The notes beneath the pieces are model-generated. The model was not told where the DNA came from, did no database searches, and was given only the letters and a program-made list of their open reading frames with translations. Of a stretch of 64,000 nt of DNA, positions 1 through 12,667 are shown piece by piece; position 1 is the stretch's first letter; every line of letters begins with the position of its first letter. Origin of the DNA: Mustelus asterias (lineage: Eukaryota); NCBI RefSeq assembly GCF_964213995.1, contig NW_027590140.1, positions 496,001 through 560,000 on the forward strand, in the 5' to 3' direction. Both the position numbers and the translations under genes were made by a program.

Positions 1-640
1 GAACCATGGTTCCCTCACTCGGCCATTTCCTCCCTGCCTGACAGGGACATACTTATCAAGGACACCCAGTATTTGTTCCTTGAAAAAGTTCCACGTTTCA
101 TTAGTTCCTTTCCCTGACAGTTTGTGTTCCCAACTTATGCCCCCTAATTCTTGCCTAATCGCATCATAATTACCTCTCCCCCCAATTGTAAACCTTGCCC
201 TGCCATACGACCCTATCCCTCTCCATTGCAATAACAAAAGAAACCGAATTGTGGTCACTATCTCCAAAGTGCTCTCCCACAACCAAATCTAACACTTGGC
301 CCGGTACATTTCCCAGTACCAAATCCAATTTGGCCTCACCTCTTGTCGGCCTATCCACATATTGTGTCAGGAAACCCTCCTGCACACACTGCACAAAAAC
401 TGCCCCATCCGAACTATTTGACCTACAAAGGTTCCAATCAACATTCGGAAAGTTGAAGTCCCCCATGACAACTACCCTGTGACCCCCACACATATCCATA
501 ATCTGCTTAGCAATTTCTTCCTCCACATCTCTATTACTATTTGGGGGCCTATAGTAAACTCCTAACAACGTGACCGCTCCTTTCCTATTTCTAACCTCAG
601 CTCATATTACCTCAGTGTGCAGATCCCCCTCGACGATCGG
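1..640 (-). mobile_element. CR1-type LINE fragment (endonuclease domain of ORF2)
   Basis: ORF 170-568 has APE-endonuclease motifs GVYYRPP, MGDFNFP, LDLVL and SDHN; runs off the window start. Confidence 0.85.
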
Positions 641-799
641 CCCTATTACCTGCTATATTTCCAACATTACAGCAGTGACTAAATTCAGCAAATGTACATC
701 AGTGAGCTTTAAGAACGTTGGGACGACATGAGGTCAGGTAAAGTGTTCTAGAAATGCAAGTTACACCAAAATGTAAGTTGTGCCTGATAATAGCAGCAT

Positions 800-1275
800 A
801 AAATCATAGAATCCCTACAGTTCAAAAGGAGGCCATACGGTCCAGAAAGTCTGCAGTGGTTCTCCAGCACAGCATCCTACCTGGGCCCAGCCTTCACCCT
901 ATCCCGACAACAACACATATTCACAGGCCAATCCCCCAAACCTACACATCATTGGACACTAACAGGAAATTTAGCACAGACAATCCACCGTGGGCCTGGG
1001 AAGGATGCTTTGCTGGATAGCTGGTGCAGACTTGATGAACCGAATGATCTCCTTCTGCACTGTCGGGATTCTATGATTCTAAGTTGCACATCATTGGACG
1101 CTAAGGGGCAATTTATCATAGCCAATCCACCTAACCTGCACATCCTTGGACTGTGAAAGGAAACTGGTGCACTCGGAGGAAACTCACATGGATATGGGTA
1201 GAATGTGAAAACCACACACAGTCACCCGAGGTTGGAATCGAACCCGCTTCCCTGTCGCTGTGAGGCAGCAAAGCT
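800..1275 (-). mobile_element. HE1/V-SINE-like SINE, composite or degraded
   Basis: catagaatccctacag tail and tRNA-derived head, matching the other SINE copies in the window. Confidence 0.7.
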
Positions 1276-2114
1276 AATTGTATCTCTCATTGATAACCAC
1301 ACTGGATTTTTTATTCTTCCCTGAGTGTGAGTGTGATCACTATTTGTGACAGGAATACTTCAGACATCAGATCTGTTTCTTTTTTTTTAACTTGGCTAGT
1401 TTAAACAGATTAAATCCTCAATCAAATTAATATCTGCCTGTTCACATATGCTTTATTAATTGTGACATCAGAACTTTCAGAACTAATTCTGAAATGGAAT
1501 GTATCATTTTCTTTTAATTAAATACAACTGGTGTAATGAATGTTCAAAAAGTTTCTATTCATTTTGAACCAACTGTTAATATTCTTAAAATAAACCGCTA
1601 TTTTGAGTTGAAACTGATCAATAAGTAACGGTTTATCTGGTTTTGCTGTCATGAACATTTCATTGTAACCAGTGAGGTGTTTATGTAAATAAATACAAAA
1701 ATAGAAATTCCAAATTAGATTGTTGACTGACAAAAACACAACAAATATTTCCCCACGAACACAGCACAGAAATAGAGACAACCATGCAAATCAATCAACG
1801 GATCCCAGTAATGATTGTTTTTCAACATTATTTATTCGTCAGTTATGTGAAGAAAAACATCATGATGATATCTATGTTCAGAATTAGGAAATAATTCCTC
1901 TCATCCCGAAATATAATGACACTGCAAATGTGTTCGTAGAAATTTCCTGTGTTTCATCTCTTTCTCTGTCTTTCTCCTTTCTGGTTTTGTATCTTGTCTC
2001 TCGACGATGGTTCATCGTCTTCACTCCACAGCACTAAGTCAATGTCTGCCCAATGTATTGTCTCAGCCGGAGTTATAGGCTTCTAAAAGAATGTAATTCA
2101 ATGAATTGGAATCC

Positions 2115-2770
2115 GTGAGTGAGATTTACTCTAAAAGATCTCTTGAGCGTGCTATGATCTTGAAACGCTTGAGACATTTTCTTCTGTATCTGACCTCGGC
2201 TGTACCTAGTGATAAGGATTCGATGTGGCAGTATCGAAGGATCTTTCCTTAGATTTAGCCGGTGCTGTCCCTGTCCATGGAGTATTTGACTGGACAGTGT
2301 CGAGGAATATTTACTCTGCATCTAAACTCACTGTACCCGCCTTTTGAATGTTTGATGTGACTTTGTCAAGGAAGATTAAATCCGTATCTAATCTCTGCTG
2401 TACCTGACCTGGGTGTGTTTTATGGAACTGTGTAGGCGGTCTTTCCCCTGTAACTAGCACGAATGTAAACCTGCGTCCCGAATCTCTAAAGGAAGAGTGC
2501 AGAAGAGGTTTTACCTAGAAGAGAGTCCATACTCTTTCTGCCTTCATTTTGTTTGAGCAGACTTTATAGAGGGAGCTTCATTCTATTTCCAGACAGTATA
2601 CTGTTCTGGGAATGTTTGATTTGGATAGTGTAGAGGGAGATTCACTTGTATCTAACTCATGCTATTTCTGCCTTGGGAGTGTTTAATTTTCCAATGCAGA
2701 GGGAACTTTGCATTCTGCAGTTAACCCCATGTTACTCCTGTCCTGTAGGTTTTTGATGGGACAGTCGGCC
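2115..2770. repeat. Degenerate ~64-bp tandem repeat
   Basis: Recurring tatctaactc..gct.tacctg...tgggagtgtttgat.ggacagtgtagagggag units. Confidence 0.65.
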
Positions 2771-2799
2771 CTCTCTACAAATTTCATGGGGATTGAAGC

Positions 2800-4140
2800 A
2801 GTCTCTTTATATTACAGTAAATTTACCCTGTGTCAGCTTATATTATGAGGCCATGCCTTTGTTTATTTTTCACTAGACCCTAACTCTTTTTATATTGCAC
2901 GTAGAATTTTATATTGCCTGTCTCTACTCATATTAAACTGGATGTTTTATCTGTTTATACTAAATTAGACGCTGTCCCTGTTTATATTATACATCACCAT
3001 GTTTCTGTTTATATTAAGCGAGACGTTGTCTCCGTTTACATTAATTTAGATCTGTCTCTGCTTGTATCAAATTAGATGCAATCTTATTTCTGCAATTGAT
3101 CGTGTCCACGTTTATATTGCATTGGACATGGTCTCAGTTTTTACTGCACTGGTCAATGCCAGTAATGATGAAAGTCGTTGGGAGAACACAATTCTCTGCA
3201 TCCTTCTGCATGTGCAAACTTTATGAGGTTTTGGGCACTGGAAAAGAAGAAGAGATATCTGAAGTCTACTTCTGCTGACTGCATTGAAAACGGATACCAA
3301 GCCCTGTGCAGCATGCACTGTCACCAAAGAACAAAAAAGAAAGAAAATTACAGCACAGGAAAAGGCCCGTCGGCCCTCCAAGACTGCACCAACCAAATAC
3401 TGTCGATCCAATACTGCCCGTTTCTGGATCCTGCCTGATAGCAATGTTTTTATCCCAATATGTTATCTCTTCTTCTCGCAGAACCGTGTAGTAATACAGA
3501 CATAACTCAAACAGAGACATAGTTAAGTGCAGGAATAACACTGACACAGTCTAGTGAAATATATACAGGGTCAGTATCAAATATTAAATATCCAGAGAGA
3601 GTGTCCAGTGCAATATAAACTGAGTTCTGGTCTAGCAGAGTAACAGAGCCAGACTGTATTTTAATATAAACAGGGGCCTGATCCAATAAAATAGAAATGA
3701 GTTAGTGCCGAGTGCCATGTGGGGATGGTCAAATATCAAATACTGGTATTTCCAATAACACCCACATCCCATGATAGACACATTAAAAAAATACTTATGA
3801 CATTGTCAAGGAAAAGCAAACGGAGACAGTGTCTAGCGCAGTTCCACTGGATATAGGAGCTTGTGTGATATGAATTGAGACAGAGCCGAGTAATTAATGA
3901 TACTGGAGCGAGACTTGTATGAACTGAGATGGAGCCAAGTGCATTAGTAATGACTACTGATACATTACTGAGACAGGTTTAAACCGAGACAGAGTCCAGT
4001 GTGTTAGTGATAATTACTGATACAGTACCTAGAATGATATAAACTGAGACAGAGCCCATTTTATTCGTGGTAATTGTTGATGCAGGACCTAGACTGATAC
4101 ACACTGTGATTCGGACAATGCAGCAATTAGGACGTATTGC
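2800..4140. repeat. Degenerate minisatellite arrays in inverted orientation
   Basis: tttatatt...ctagac..tgtctc units at 2800-3160 and complementary gagacagagtctag..aatataaa units at 3490-4140. Confidence 0.5.
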
Positions 4141-4619
4141 AACGTACAATGAAACTGAGACATGACAGTCTTAAATAATCAAATACATGGACTGGTGAAG
4201 CATTAACTTAAACAAGACCCAAACTATTAAAATCTAATGAACTATTAGCATAATAAATGTGAAAGCACCATGTGTAATGCATGAAGACAGTATTTCCAGT
4301 TTAGTATACAGTGCTAAATGTCCTGAGGCAGTAAGAATTAAGACACGGCCCCTTGTCAGATTAGAAGAGAACTGGCTCAGTGCAGCTATAACTTAGAAAT
4401 TATAATATTAACAGGGCCTGTGCCTCGTATATGAACACCTCAAATTGAGCCGAGTTCAGGAAAAAAACTTAGATAGGACCTCATGGAATGTGATCCAGGT
4501 AGAGCCTGGTGCAATACAGACAGGGTCAGAGGCGAGTTGAATATAAGCAGGGATATGATATGTTTAAAATTATTTCATGAGATTTTGGCGCCACTTATGT
4601 GAAGTCAACTTTTGTTACC

Positions 4620-5500
4620 AAACCCTAATTTCCTTTGAGAATGTGGTGGCAAGCTTTGGGAGGTTGGTGGGTGGGGTGTTCTTCGAGACAGCTACTTTTT
4701 CCAGAATGGCATTGAGCTTTTTGAGTGGCACAAGTTAGGCAGGTAGAGAATATTCAATCATCTGTGTTGGAACAGACTTGGTGGGCAGAAGGGCCTGTCA
4801 TGTGCTGGACTGTTCTTTGTTCTTTGTTCATACTCCTGACTTTTCCCTTGTAGATGATGGATGAGGTTTGGGAATTCAGGTGGTGAGCTGATCGCTGCAG
4901 AACTCCTGGCATCAGACCTGCTGTTGCAGCCACATTATTTAACTGCCTGTTCCAGTTCAGATTTTCACGAAGTTTAATGCCCAGGATGTTGATAGTGAGT
5001 GATTCTGCGATAGTAATGCTACTTAGTGTCAAGGGGAGATGGTTGGAATCTCCCTTGTTGGAGAGGGTCATTGCCTGCCACTTGTGTGGCATTAGTGTTA
5101 CTTGCCACTCATTAGCCCAACACTGAATGTTTTCTAAATCTTGCTTCATATGGACACAGGCTGTGTCAGTACCTGAGGAATCGGAACTGGTGCTGAACTT
5201 TGTTCAATCATCAGTGAACATCCCACATGTAAACTTTGATGATGGCTGAATCTTGGGGCTAGGTCACTAAGCTGAAGAATTCCTGCAGAGCCCTGTGACT
5301 GAGATGATTAACCATTAACAACCACAACCATCTTAGTTTGTGCTCCAGCCAGTGGACTGTTTACCCCCCTGATTCCCATTAACTGCAGTTTCGCTCGGGT
5401 TCCTTGATGCTACAAACGGTCAATTGCTGTGTCGATGTCAAGGGCACGCACTCTCTATTCACCTTTTAATTTAAAATTTGTGTCTATATTTGGACTCATT
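4620..5500 (-). mobile_element. Degraded non-LTR retrotransposon RT 3' region (CR1/L2-like)
   Basis: ORF 4754-5149 QDLENIQCWANEWQVT...INILG. Confidence 0.7.
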
Positions 5501-6130
5501 TTAAATCATTTCTGGAACCGAGTGATCCTGGCGGAACAAAAATTGAGCATCTTGGTGTGCGTGTGTTTTTTGAAATATATCATGTTTAATAGAAATTAAT
5601 TTCAAAATGATCACTTGCATTCTTCCATTTACACTACATGTTGGACGCACAATAAACACATCCAATTCAGATTGGCTTCCTTTACATATGTCACCTCCTC
5701 TGATGATTGAGGAGGACAATTTTTGAAAGGTTAGTTCTGCCACAAGTGCTGCCCATGAAGCTACCATTTGTCATTGCGTGTTATCGTTTTTGTACTTTGA
5801 ATGGATATTAGGAACTTTGGTGTAGAGCCAGTTATCACCAAAATCCTGTAGTCTTTGCCGTGCTGACGGTGTTGAATGTCTTCGCAAAATTGACCAAAGT
5901 ACGTTAAAGATATGGACACATATGGAACATGGAGAAGTTGTTGGCTGGAGTAAATGTTCTAACACAGTCACTACACTGCACATCAGGAACACCCGATCTG
6001 GAAGCAGATGGTGTTTTCCAAGTGTGGCCCCAGCAAATATCTTTCCCTTGATGCTATGACTGAGATATGTCTGTGGCTGGAGCATTCTCTTCCATTGACT
6101 TACTTTGCAAAATGTGTGATGAATTTGAAT
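5500..6130 (-). mobile_element. Highly degraded RTE-like LINE RT remnant
   Basis: Minus-strand pieces translate as RHISVI..GKIFA and LVNFAKTFNTVS, resembling the RT motifs RGISLL..GKIFA and FVDF.KAFDTVS. Confidence 0.5.
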
Positions 6131-6158
6131 CATACATCTCTTGTGGAATGGTGGGTGC

Positions 6159-6460
6159 CAGGGTGGCACAGTGGTTAGCTCTGTTGCCTCACATTGCCAG
6201 GGCCACAGGTTTGGTTCCTGGCTAGGGTCAGTGTCTGTGCGGAGTCTGCACATTCTTCCCATGTATGCGTGGATTTCCTCTGGGTGCTCCAGTTTCCTCC
6301 CACAGTCCGAAAAGGCATGCAAGTAGGGTGCGCTGGCCAGGCTCAATTCTGCCTCAGTGTACCCGAACAGACGCCGCAACGTGGCGACTCGGGGCTTTTC
6401 ACAGTAACTTCATTACAGTGTTAATGTAAGCCTACTCGTGACATTAATGAATAAACTTCA
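6159..6460 (+). mobile_element. tRNA-derived SINE (V-SINE body, taataaa-type tail)
   Basis: ggcacagtggttagc head, central V-domain, AT-rich tail. Confidence 0.75.
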
Positions 6461-6590
6461 AACCTTAAATCTTCCAGCAAATAAGGAGAATGTCATAAAT
6501 GTTCAGAAAAATAGTAATTATTTTCACCAACGACCGTCCATTCACAATTTTATAAATGCATTCACCAGTTCTCATTCATTCATAAAGATT

Positions 6591-6948
6591 GGGCGGCACG
6601 GTAGCACGGGCGGCACGGTAGCACAGTGGTTAGCACTGCTGCTTCACAGCTCCAGGGGCCCGGGTTCGATTCCCGGCTCGGGTCACTGTCTGTGTGGAGT
6701 TTGCACATTCTCCTCGTGTCTGCGTGGGTTTCCTCCGGGTGCTCCGGTTTCCTCCCACAGTCCAAAGATGTGCGGGTTAGGTTGATTGGCCAGGTTAAAA
6801 ATTGCCCCTTAGCGTCCTGGGATGTGTAGGTTAGAGGGATTAGCGGGTAAATATGTGGGGGTAGGGCCTGGGTGGGATTGTGGTCGGTGCAGACTCGATG
6901 GGCCGAATGGCCTCCTTCTGCACTGTAGGGTTTCTATGATTCTATGAT
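6591..6948 (+). mobile_element. Young HE1/V-SINE with duplicated 5' end
   Basis: Intact A and B boxes, CR1-like ctatgattctatga tail; 5' gggcggcacggtagcac present twice. Confidence 0.85.
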
Positions 6949-7278
6949 TAGTATATTTAACATTACTTTATGGGAGGTGGGCGACACTGTCCAGGCCAAC
7001 ATTTGTTCCCCATTGCTAATTGCATTCGGTAAGTTGGTGGTGAGCCGCCTTGTTGAACCGCTGCAAAACGTGCAGAGGAGGTATTCCCATAGTGCTGTTA
7101 GGGAGGGTGCTCATGGATTCCGACCCAGCGACAGAATAAGAACGGTAATATATGTTCAAGTGGGGTTGATGAGTGTCTTGGAGGGGAATTTCCAGGCGGG
7201 GTTGTTCCACTTCACCAATTATAATCAATTCATACAGATAAACAATTATTTCACCAATTATATTCAGCATTTTGATAA

Positions 7279-7810
7279 AAGCAAAATACTACGGATTCTG
7301 GAAACTGAAATAAAAACAATAAATTCTGGAAAATCTCAACAGGTCTGACAGCATCTGGGGAGAGAGAATAGAGCCAACATTTTGTCTCAGGATGACCCAT
7401 TTTTATTTGGAGGAAATTGAAGTGGATGATGAAATTGGGAAATGATAAGGTTGGATAGGGATTAGGAAGTTTTTGTTAGGGTATAGTTAGTGATTGAGGC
7501 GTTGATTAGGTTAGTTAGGATGCAAAAGTTGAATATGATATTTGGGAGCGATATTTGAATTGATGTAACTTGTGTCTGGCTCGAAATAGTGTATATCATT
7601 AAAACAGTAACTACTTAAACTAGTCCCATCTCACAGGAAAGTGATGCAGCTTCTCTGACACCTTGTTAGAAACAATGATGATCTATCCAACGCATCAGGA
7701 ATACTCTGCCGAAGCGCCATCCAGACACGAAAGGTTGTCTCTATTCTGTCTCCACAGAAGCTGTCAGACCTGCTGCGATTTTCCAGCATTTTCTGTTTGT
7801 TTTCAGTATT
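7279..7810. repeat. Penelope-like inverted terminal repeat pair
   Basis: gcaaaatact.cggat.ctggaa...gtctgacagcatct at ~7280-7400 and its reverse complement at ~7740-7810; similar hairpins at ~46495-46695, 47707-48090, 50297-50445 and 52985-53410. Confidence 0.55.
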
Positions 7811-10800
7811 TCATTCTATACAACATACAATTGTAATTTGCTTCGTAGGATGTATTGATATCAACATTTATTGGCATCATATTGACCTTTTTGTCACCAA
7901 GGAATAAAATCTGTCCTGGAGTTCAGTGGGGAATGGAATTAATTCAGACCGATGATAATGTACAGCGACCCAGCAGCCTCTGTTCTTCATTGGCAAGTAA
8001 TCACCTCATCATCACACAGAAAGTTCTGATACATAGCTGGGGTGTGTGATGATTTTCAAAGTGATGGTATAAATGAAACTACCTGTACCTTATGAGAAGT
8101 TACTGAATCTTTCAATCCCGATTCATTATTACAGTGTTTTGGGAAGTAATGTAACACTTGGAGTTGTCCAGTGAGTCTCACAATATTTCTGTTGGTACCT
8201 TATTTACTTTTCACCCTCTTACCTTCACTAATTTGGGTGAGGGCATGTTGAGTGATTTGTTGCACGTGAAAGAACCACATGTTTCAAATATTATAATCTT
8301 CCCTCCTCAAACTAATCATATTCACTCTTTTTATCTTGGATATGAAGATTCAGCATCAGCAGAGAAATGAACCATCCGAGCTGCAGGATTATCTCGTCCT
8401 TCGCTTCGCGAGGATCAGCTTGCTAACTCCCAATAAACTCGGGATGAATTTCACCCAGAGACTCTGGAAGAATTGAAGGTATTAGACTGACACAAATGGA
8501 ATAAAGGAGCTGATTCAATTTATGAAATAATCAAGCACAAATATGGGAATGTAGAACAGCATTTTTCAATGCCATCGAGCAATGCATCCATCAATCCATT
8601 CATTGATTCCTCAATCAAAATATTCAGGCATCAAACTGTCATTCATCCAAACATCATTCATTCAAATGTCATTCATTCCTGAATCAACACATTAATACAT
8701 TTATTGTTTGCGTAGATTGTGACATAATATTAATTTAAGTGGCCCAGTGATCCAGGGGCCCAGGACAATGATGTGAGGACAGGGATTTAAATCGGAGCAT
8801 TGCAGCTGGTGGAATTTGAATTCAATTAATAAATCTGGAATGGATATTAATGGCGACCATTGGAACCTCTCTGATTCCCCAATGGAGGAAATCTGCCACA
8901 TCTACCTGGTCTCACAAGGATGTGACTCCAGACGGACAGCAAAATAGCTGACTCCTTAATATGTTCAGAAGTGGCCGAGAAAACCAGTCAGTTCAAGGGA
9001 ATTTGGGACATGCAAAAAGTGCTGGCCTTTCCAACCAAACATCTCATGGAAAGATAAAGGGAAAGAAAATATAAACATACATGTTCATGTATCGTCTCTC
9101 TGAGTCATCTCTGAGTTTGCCTGTGATTCTTTCTATCCATCCATCACAATATCTTCATGTGTTGGAAAAATCATCATTGTTGCTAACAGGGTGCCAGAGA
9201 AGCTGCATCACTTTCCTTTCTTGAGAGATGGGAACAATTCATTTAGATTTACAACTTAAAAACATGAAAGTGCCTTCAGTACTGTTGCTGGGTAGAGTTG
9301 TTTATAAATAGGCCTCATTGACAACGTGAAGGGTTTTAATTTGGCTTGCAGCCAGATGATCAGTACTGAGGAAACAGATTTTTGATCTACTGCACAAACA
9401 CCCCCAGATGCTTCCTGTCAATAACTTTGAGCATTTGCAGCAGGCTGGATTGCTGCCAAATACTGTGTGGGACAGATTAGCAAAACCTGACGGACAAAAT
9501 GGGTTTCAGCCATTTAAAGAATAAATGTTTCATTCCCACATGAAAGGCACATTTTAAATCGTATTCATTCTATTCAAATGTTTTTATTCACTGTCCTGTT
9601 CATTATGTGAGTAAATAGTATCGCAAAACAATAAATTGACCAGATGATTTTTCGTTTGTAAATCTTCCAAGTAAATGTCATTCCAATAATTAAAGTCTGT
9701 TTATTAAACACTTCATGAAATGCGAGAGAGAGATGTCGATGGTCCCAATTCCCCGGTCAATTGAGATCAGAACAATGGCAAAAATGCATCGAAATAGTAT
9801 TAAAAGAACATTATAAAACTGACATGAAAAGCGGGGATTGCTGGAATATTCTGAAAGTTCTGTATATCATTTAAACAGCAGTGTCTCTTGTACCTGATTT
9901 GCACCGTATTCCATTGTACAGCATAATCTGATTTCCATTATTGAAGAGTTCCTCTCATTGCTGCCAATGAGTGGAGAAATGATCAGGTCATAACCTGATT
10001 CAATGGAAGATAAAACATGTATTCTTGTGATATTGTGCAATGTGCCGCAAAGTCCTGATGTCCTGTGTTCCCAACACCAGCGGATGTTCGACAGCCGGTG
10101 GCCAATAGAGTGAGCTGCCACGATTTGCATGCTGAAAGAGAACTTTAATGATCTCCGTGCTCATTCGTTCATTAACTTCTGTGTCATAAGTCGATTTAAT
10201 TTTATGTTTCTCTGTCAACTCATTATTTAATGATTAAGAGGGCGTGATTCTTATTATTTTCAAAGGGCTGTCTTCGAGATTGAGGTAGTTTGACAAATAT
10301 AAGGAGAAACATTGTATTGTGTGAGAGTTTCTTCTCATCTCCAAACCCAAATTATCCAGTGATACCCTTCCGCACTGTAAATAGAATCACTTTGTTCATA
10401 TCCCCTCATTTAGTTACAGAAATCGGTAAAAATTCTTCTGATAAATGATGCTTTATTATTGTAATGTGACAGAGATTCGGAATTATTGCAAAATAGACTG
10501 ACGGTCTCCTTATTTTCCAAAAATGTTATTTCAGCATTTTTAGATTTGTGTTCTTCTTGGGGGCGAGGTAATAAAATCACCATATTTACAATGGAATTAG
10601 TTTTTTTAAAATAAAGAAATGATGAACTGCAATATCACCATCAGAAATAATGGAGACAATACAATGAACATATTCAGCCAAACAAATATCCCGACACAGA
10701 TAAAATGTCCATTTTAATATTAACCTATTGTAAATCTGGGACTCCATTCTGTTGGGAGTGTGGAAGGTGGGACGTGGAACCAGTCGCCGCCTCCAGCAGG

Positions 10801-10843
10801 GAATCAACAGGCGACGCCTGGAAAGCCGCCCCCTTCTGCCGGG

Positions 10844-10851
10844 TATTTAAA
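10844..10851 (+). promoter_or_regulatory. TATA-like box of IgH V promoter
   Basis: TATTTAAA starting 87 bp upstream of the leader ATG, preceded by GC-rich boxes. Confidence 0.6.
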
Positions 10852-10930
10852 TGCCGCTCACTTGGACCGGAATCCAACAGTCCGGGAGTTGAGTTCCTGA
10901 CACAACCATTTCCCCCAAATCACCAGAAGG

Positions 10931-10976
10931 ATGAGGTCGGCGATTTCTCTCAGTTTCTTGCTGACTTTCTTATCCG
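10931..10976 (+). CDS. IGHV: IgH V leader exon
   Basis: MRSAISLSFLLTFLS, phase-1 donor GTGAGT at 10977. Confidence 0.95.
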
Positions 10977-11107
10977 GTGAGTAGTTTTATTTTTATTGTG
11001 CAAGTCTGACTGCTACTGTCTCAGTGTTAGTCTATCTCTGGAATATTGCAGAATCAGCAATCATTACACCAGGATTAATCCTCGGGGTTTTTGATCTATT
11101 TTTACAG

Positions 11108-11415
11108 GTGTCCAGACGCAGGTTGTGTTGACTCAGCCAGAGGCAGAGACCGGGCTTCCCGGAGGCTCCCTGAAACTGACCTGTAAAACCAGCGGCTTCG
11201 ATCTTAGCAGCGACTGGATGGGCTGGATCCGGCAGGTTCCCGGACAGGGGCTGGAGTGGCTGACTCTCTACAAGGATTCATCTAACACCACCCACTACGC
11301 CCCAGGGATTCAGAATCGATTTACTCCGTCCAAAGACCTTTCAAACAGTATCTCCGCTTTGGCCATGACGAACCTTAAAATCGAAGACACCGCCATCTAT
11401 TACTGTGCAAGATGG
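11108..11415 (+). CDS. IGHV: IgM-type VH exon, open frame
   Basis: Acceptor tttacag; [53 protein letters not shown] with both Cys and the Trp. Confidence 0.97.
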
Positions 11416-11454
11416 CACAGCGAGAGGAACCAGGGCTGGACCCGGACAAGAACA
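11416..11454 (+). other. VH 23-RSS
   Basis: CACAGCG + 23 bp + ACAAGAACA. Confidence 0.95.
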
Positions 11455-11797
11455 GCTCGAGAGGGAATTCAGCAACTTAACTCATAACCTGAAGGTAAAT
11501 ATCTGTTTTAAATGTGATATAACCGACAGTGGTCAGAACCAAACCATAATCGTGTTAAAAAAGTAACAAAGAAAGCATTTAACAGTAAAATTTAACAAAC
11601 TCACAGATATAACAGGGTGAGATTTTCACTGACTTTATATTTATTGTAGTTTCAGCAATTACAGCGCTGGATATATTAATCGTTTTAATATTTCTGATAG
11701 ATTGTGTTATATAAACAGTTGCCTACATTTTAAATTAGAGCAGAACTAATGGTCCATTTGAAGTGAATATTGAGCGGCATTACTGAAGAGTGAGTGC

Positions 11798-11878
11798 AGT
11801 TTTTGTGCGGGTGTATGTCACTGTGATACTATGGGGGGGTCACAATGCTTAGCAGAGCGACATCCTCATACAAATACC
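11798..11878 (+). other. IGHD: DH1 segment with 12-RSS (5') and 22-RSS (3')
   Basis: AGTTTTTGT-12-CACTGTG, coding 11826-11840 atactatgggggggt, CACAATG-22-ACAAATACC. Confidence 0.93.
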
Positions 11879-12188
11879 TCAGAGAAGAACTTTGCTTAAA
11901 TTTGTGATCAATGCCACTGCCGAATGCCAAACAAAATGGGGGTTGAACAAAATAATAGGTAGAAGCAGCATTGTTTTTTTTAAAGATATAAAATACTTCA
12001 AATTTATTGTTATTAATTTACATGCTGAGTGTGCACAGAGAATGTAAAAGTTTCTAATCCCCTTTACCAATATCATGACCAGTAAAAATTGAAATATCTC
12101 ACTGACTCACTCTTAAACGAGATGGAAACAGGCTTTTGAAATAGCAGTGGAATTAACCATCTGCATGATACAGTTAACAGTCTGCCGC

Positions 12189-12256
12189 AGTATTTGTCAT
12201 GCTGTGTCTCACTGTGATAACTGGGTGGCACAGCAGTTACTGTCAATACAATAACC
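12189..12256 (+). other. IGHD: DH2 segment with 12-RSS on both sides
   Basis: AGTATTTGT-12-CACTGTG, coding 12217-12228 ataactgggtgg, CACAGCA-12-ACAATAACC. Confidence 0.93.
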
Positions 12257-12580
12257 CCTCAGTACCAATTGATTGAGGCTGGATCAGAGTCACTTGTAAA
12301 TTCCAACTTTAATCGCAGTACAGTATTATTTATGTCGAGCACTGACAACATGATGAGAATGAACGTGGAAAATATGTGATAATTACTCAATTATCAGTTG
12401 GAGTTTTCAATAACATGTTCACGTGTTCCTCTGTGAAATATAAAACATTAGGGTCATTTATGAATGGAGAATGGTATCCAGAAATGCAATGATAATTTAA
12501 TGAACATTAATTTACTGTTTTTCCTCTGGTTTGTGAATATTTAAAATAATGGTGGTTTTGTGTCTATTTTGTGCAGGGAC

Positions 12581-12667
12581 GGTTATTGTACGACACAGTC
12601 CAGGGAATGTGGCACTGTGACGACTTCGCCTCCTGGGGACAAGGTACCATGGTGACGGTGACTGCAG
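12581..12667 (+). CDS. IGHJ: JH segment with 23-RSS (coding 12620-12667)
   Basis: GGTTATTGT-23-CACTGTG, then DFASWGQGTMVTVTA and donor GTAAG. Confidence 0.96.

Noticed and set aside
2026-2090. cacag followed by ..NVLSQPEL*, resembling a VH start; octamer at 1784-1791
   Set aside because: Immediate stop; no Cys, Trp, YYC or RSS follows
6591-6690. tRNA-like heads and CACAGTG heptamers in SINEs
   Set aside because: Part of the SINE consensus; no cloverleaf and no correctly spaced nonamer
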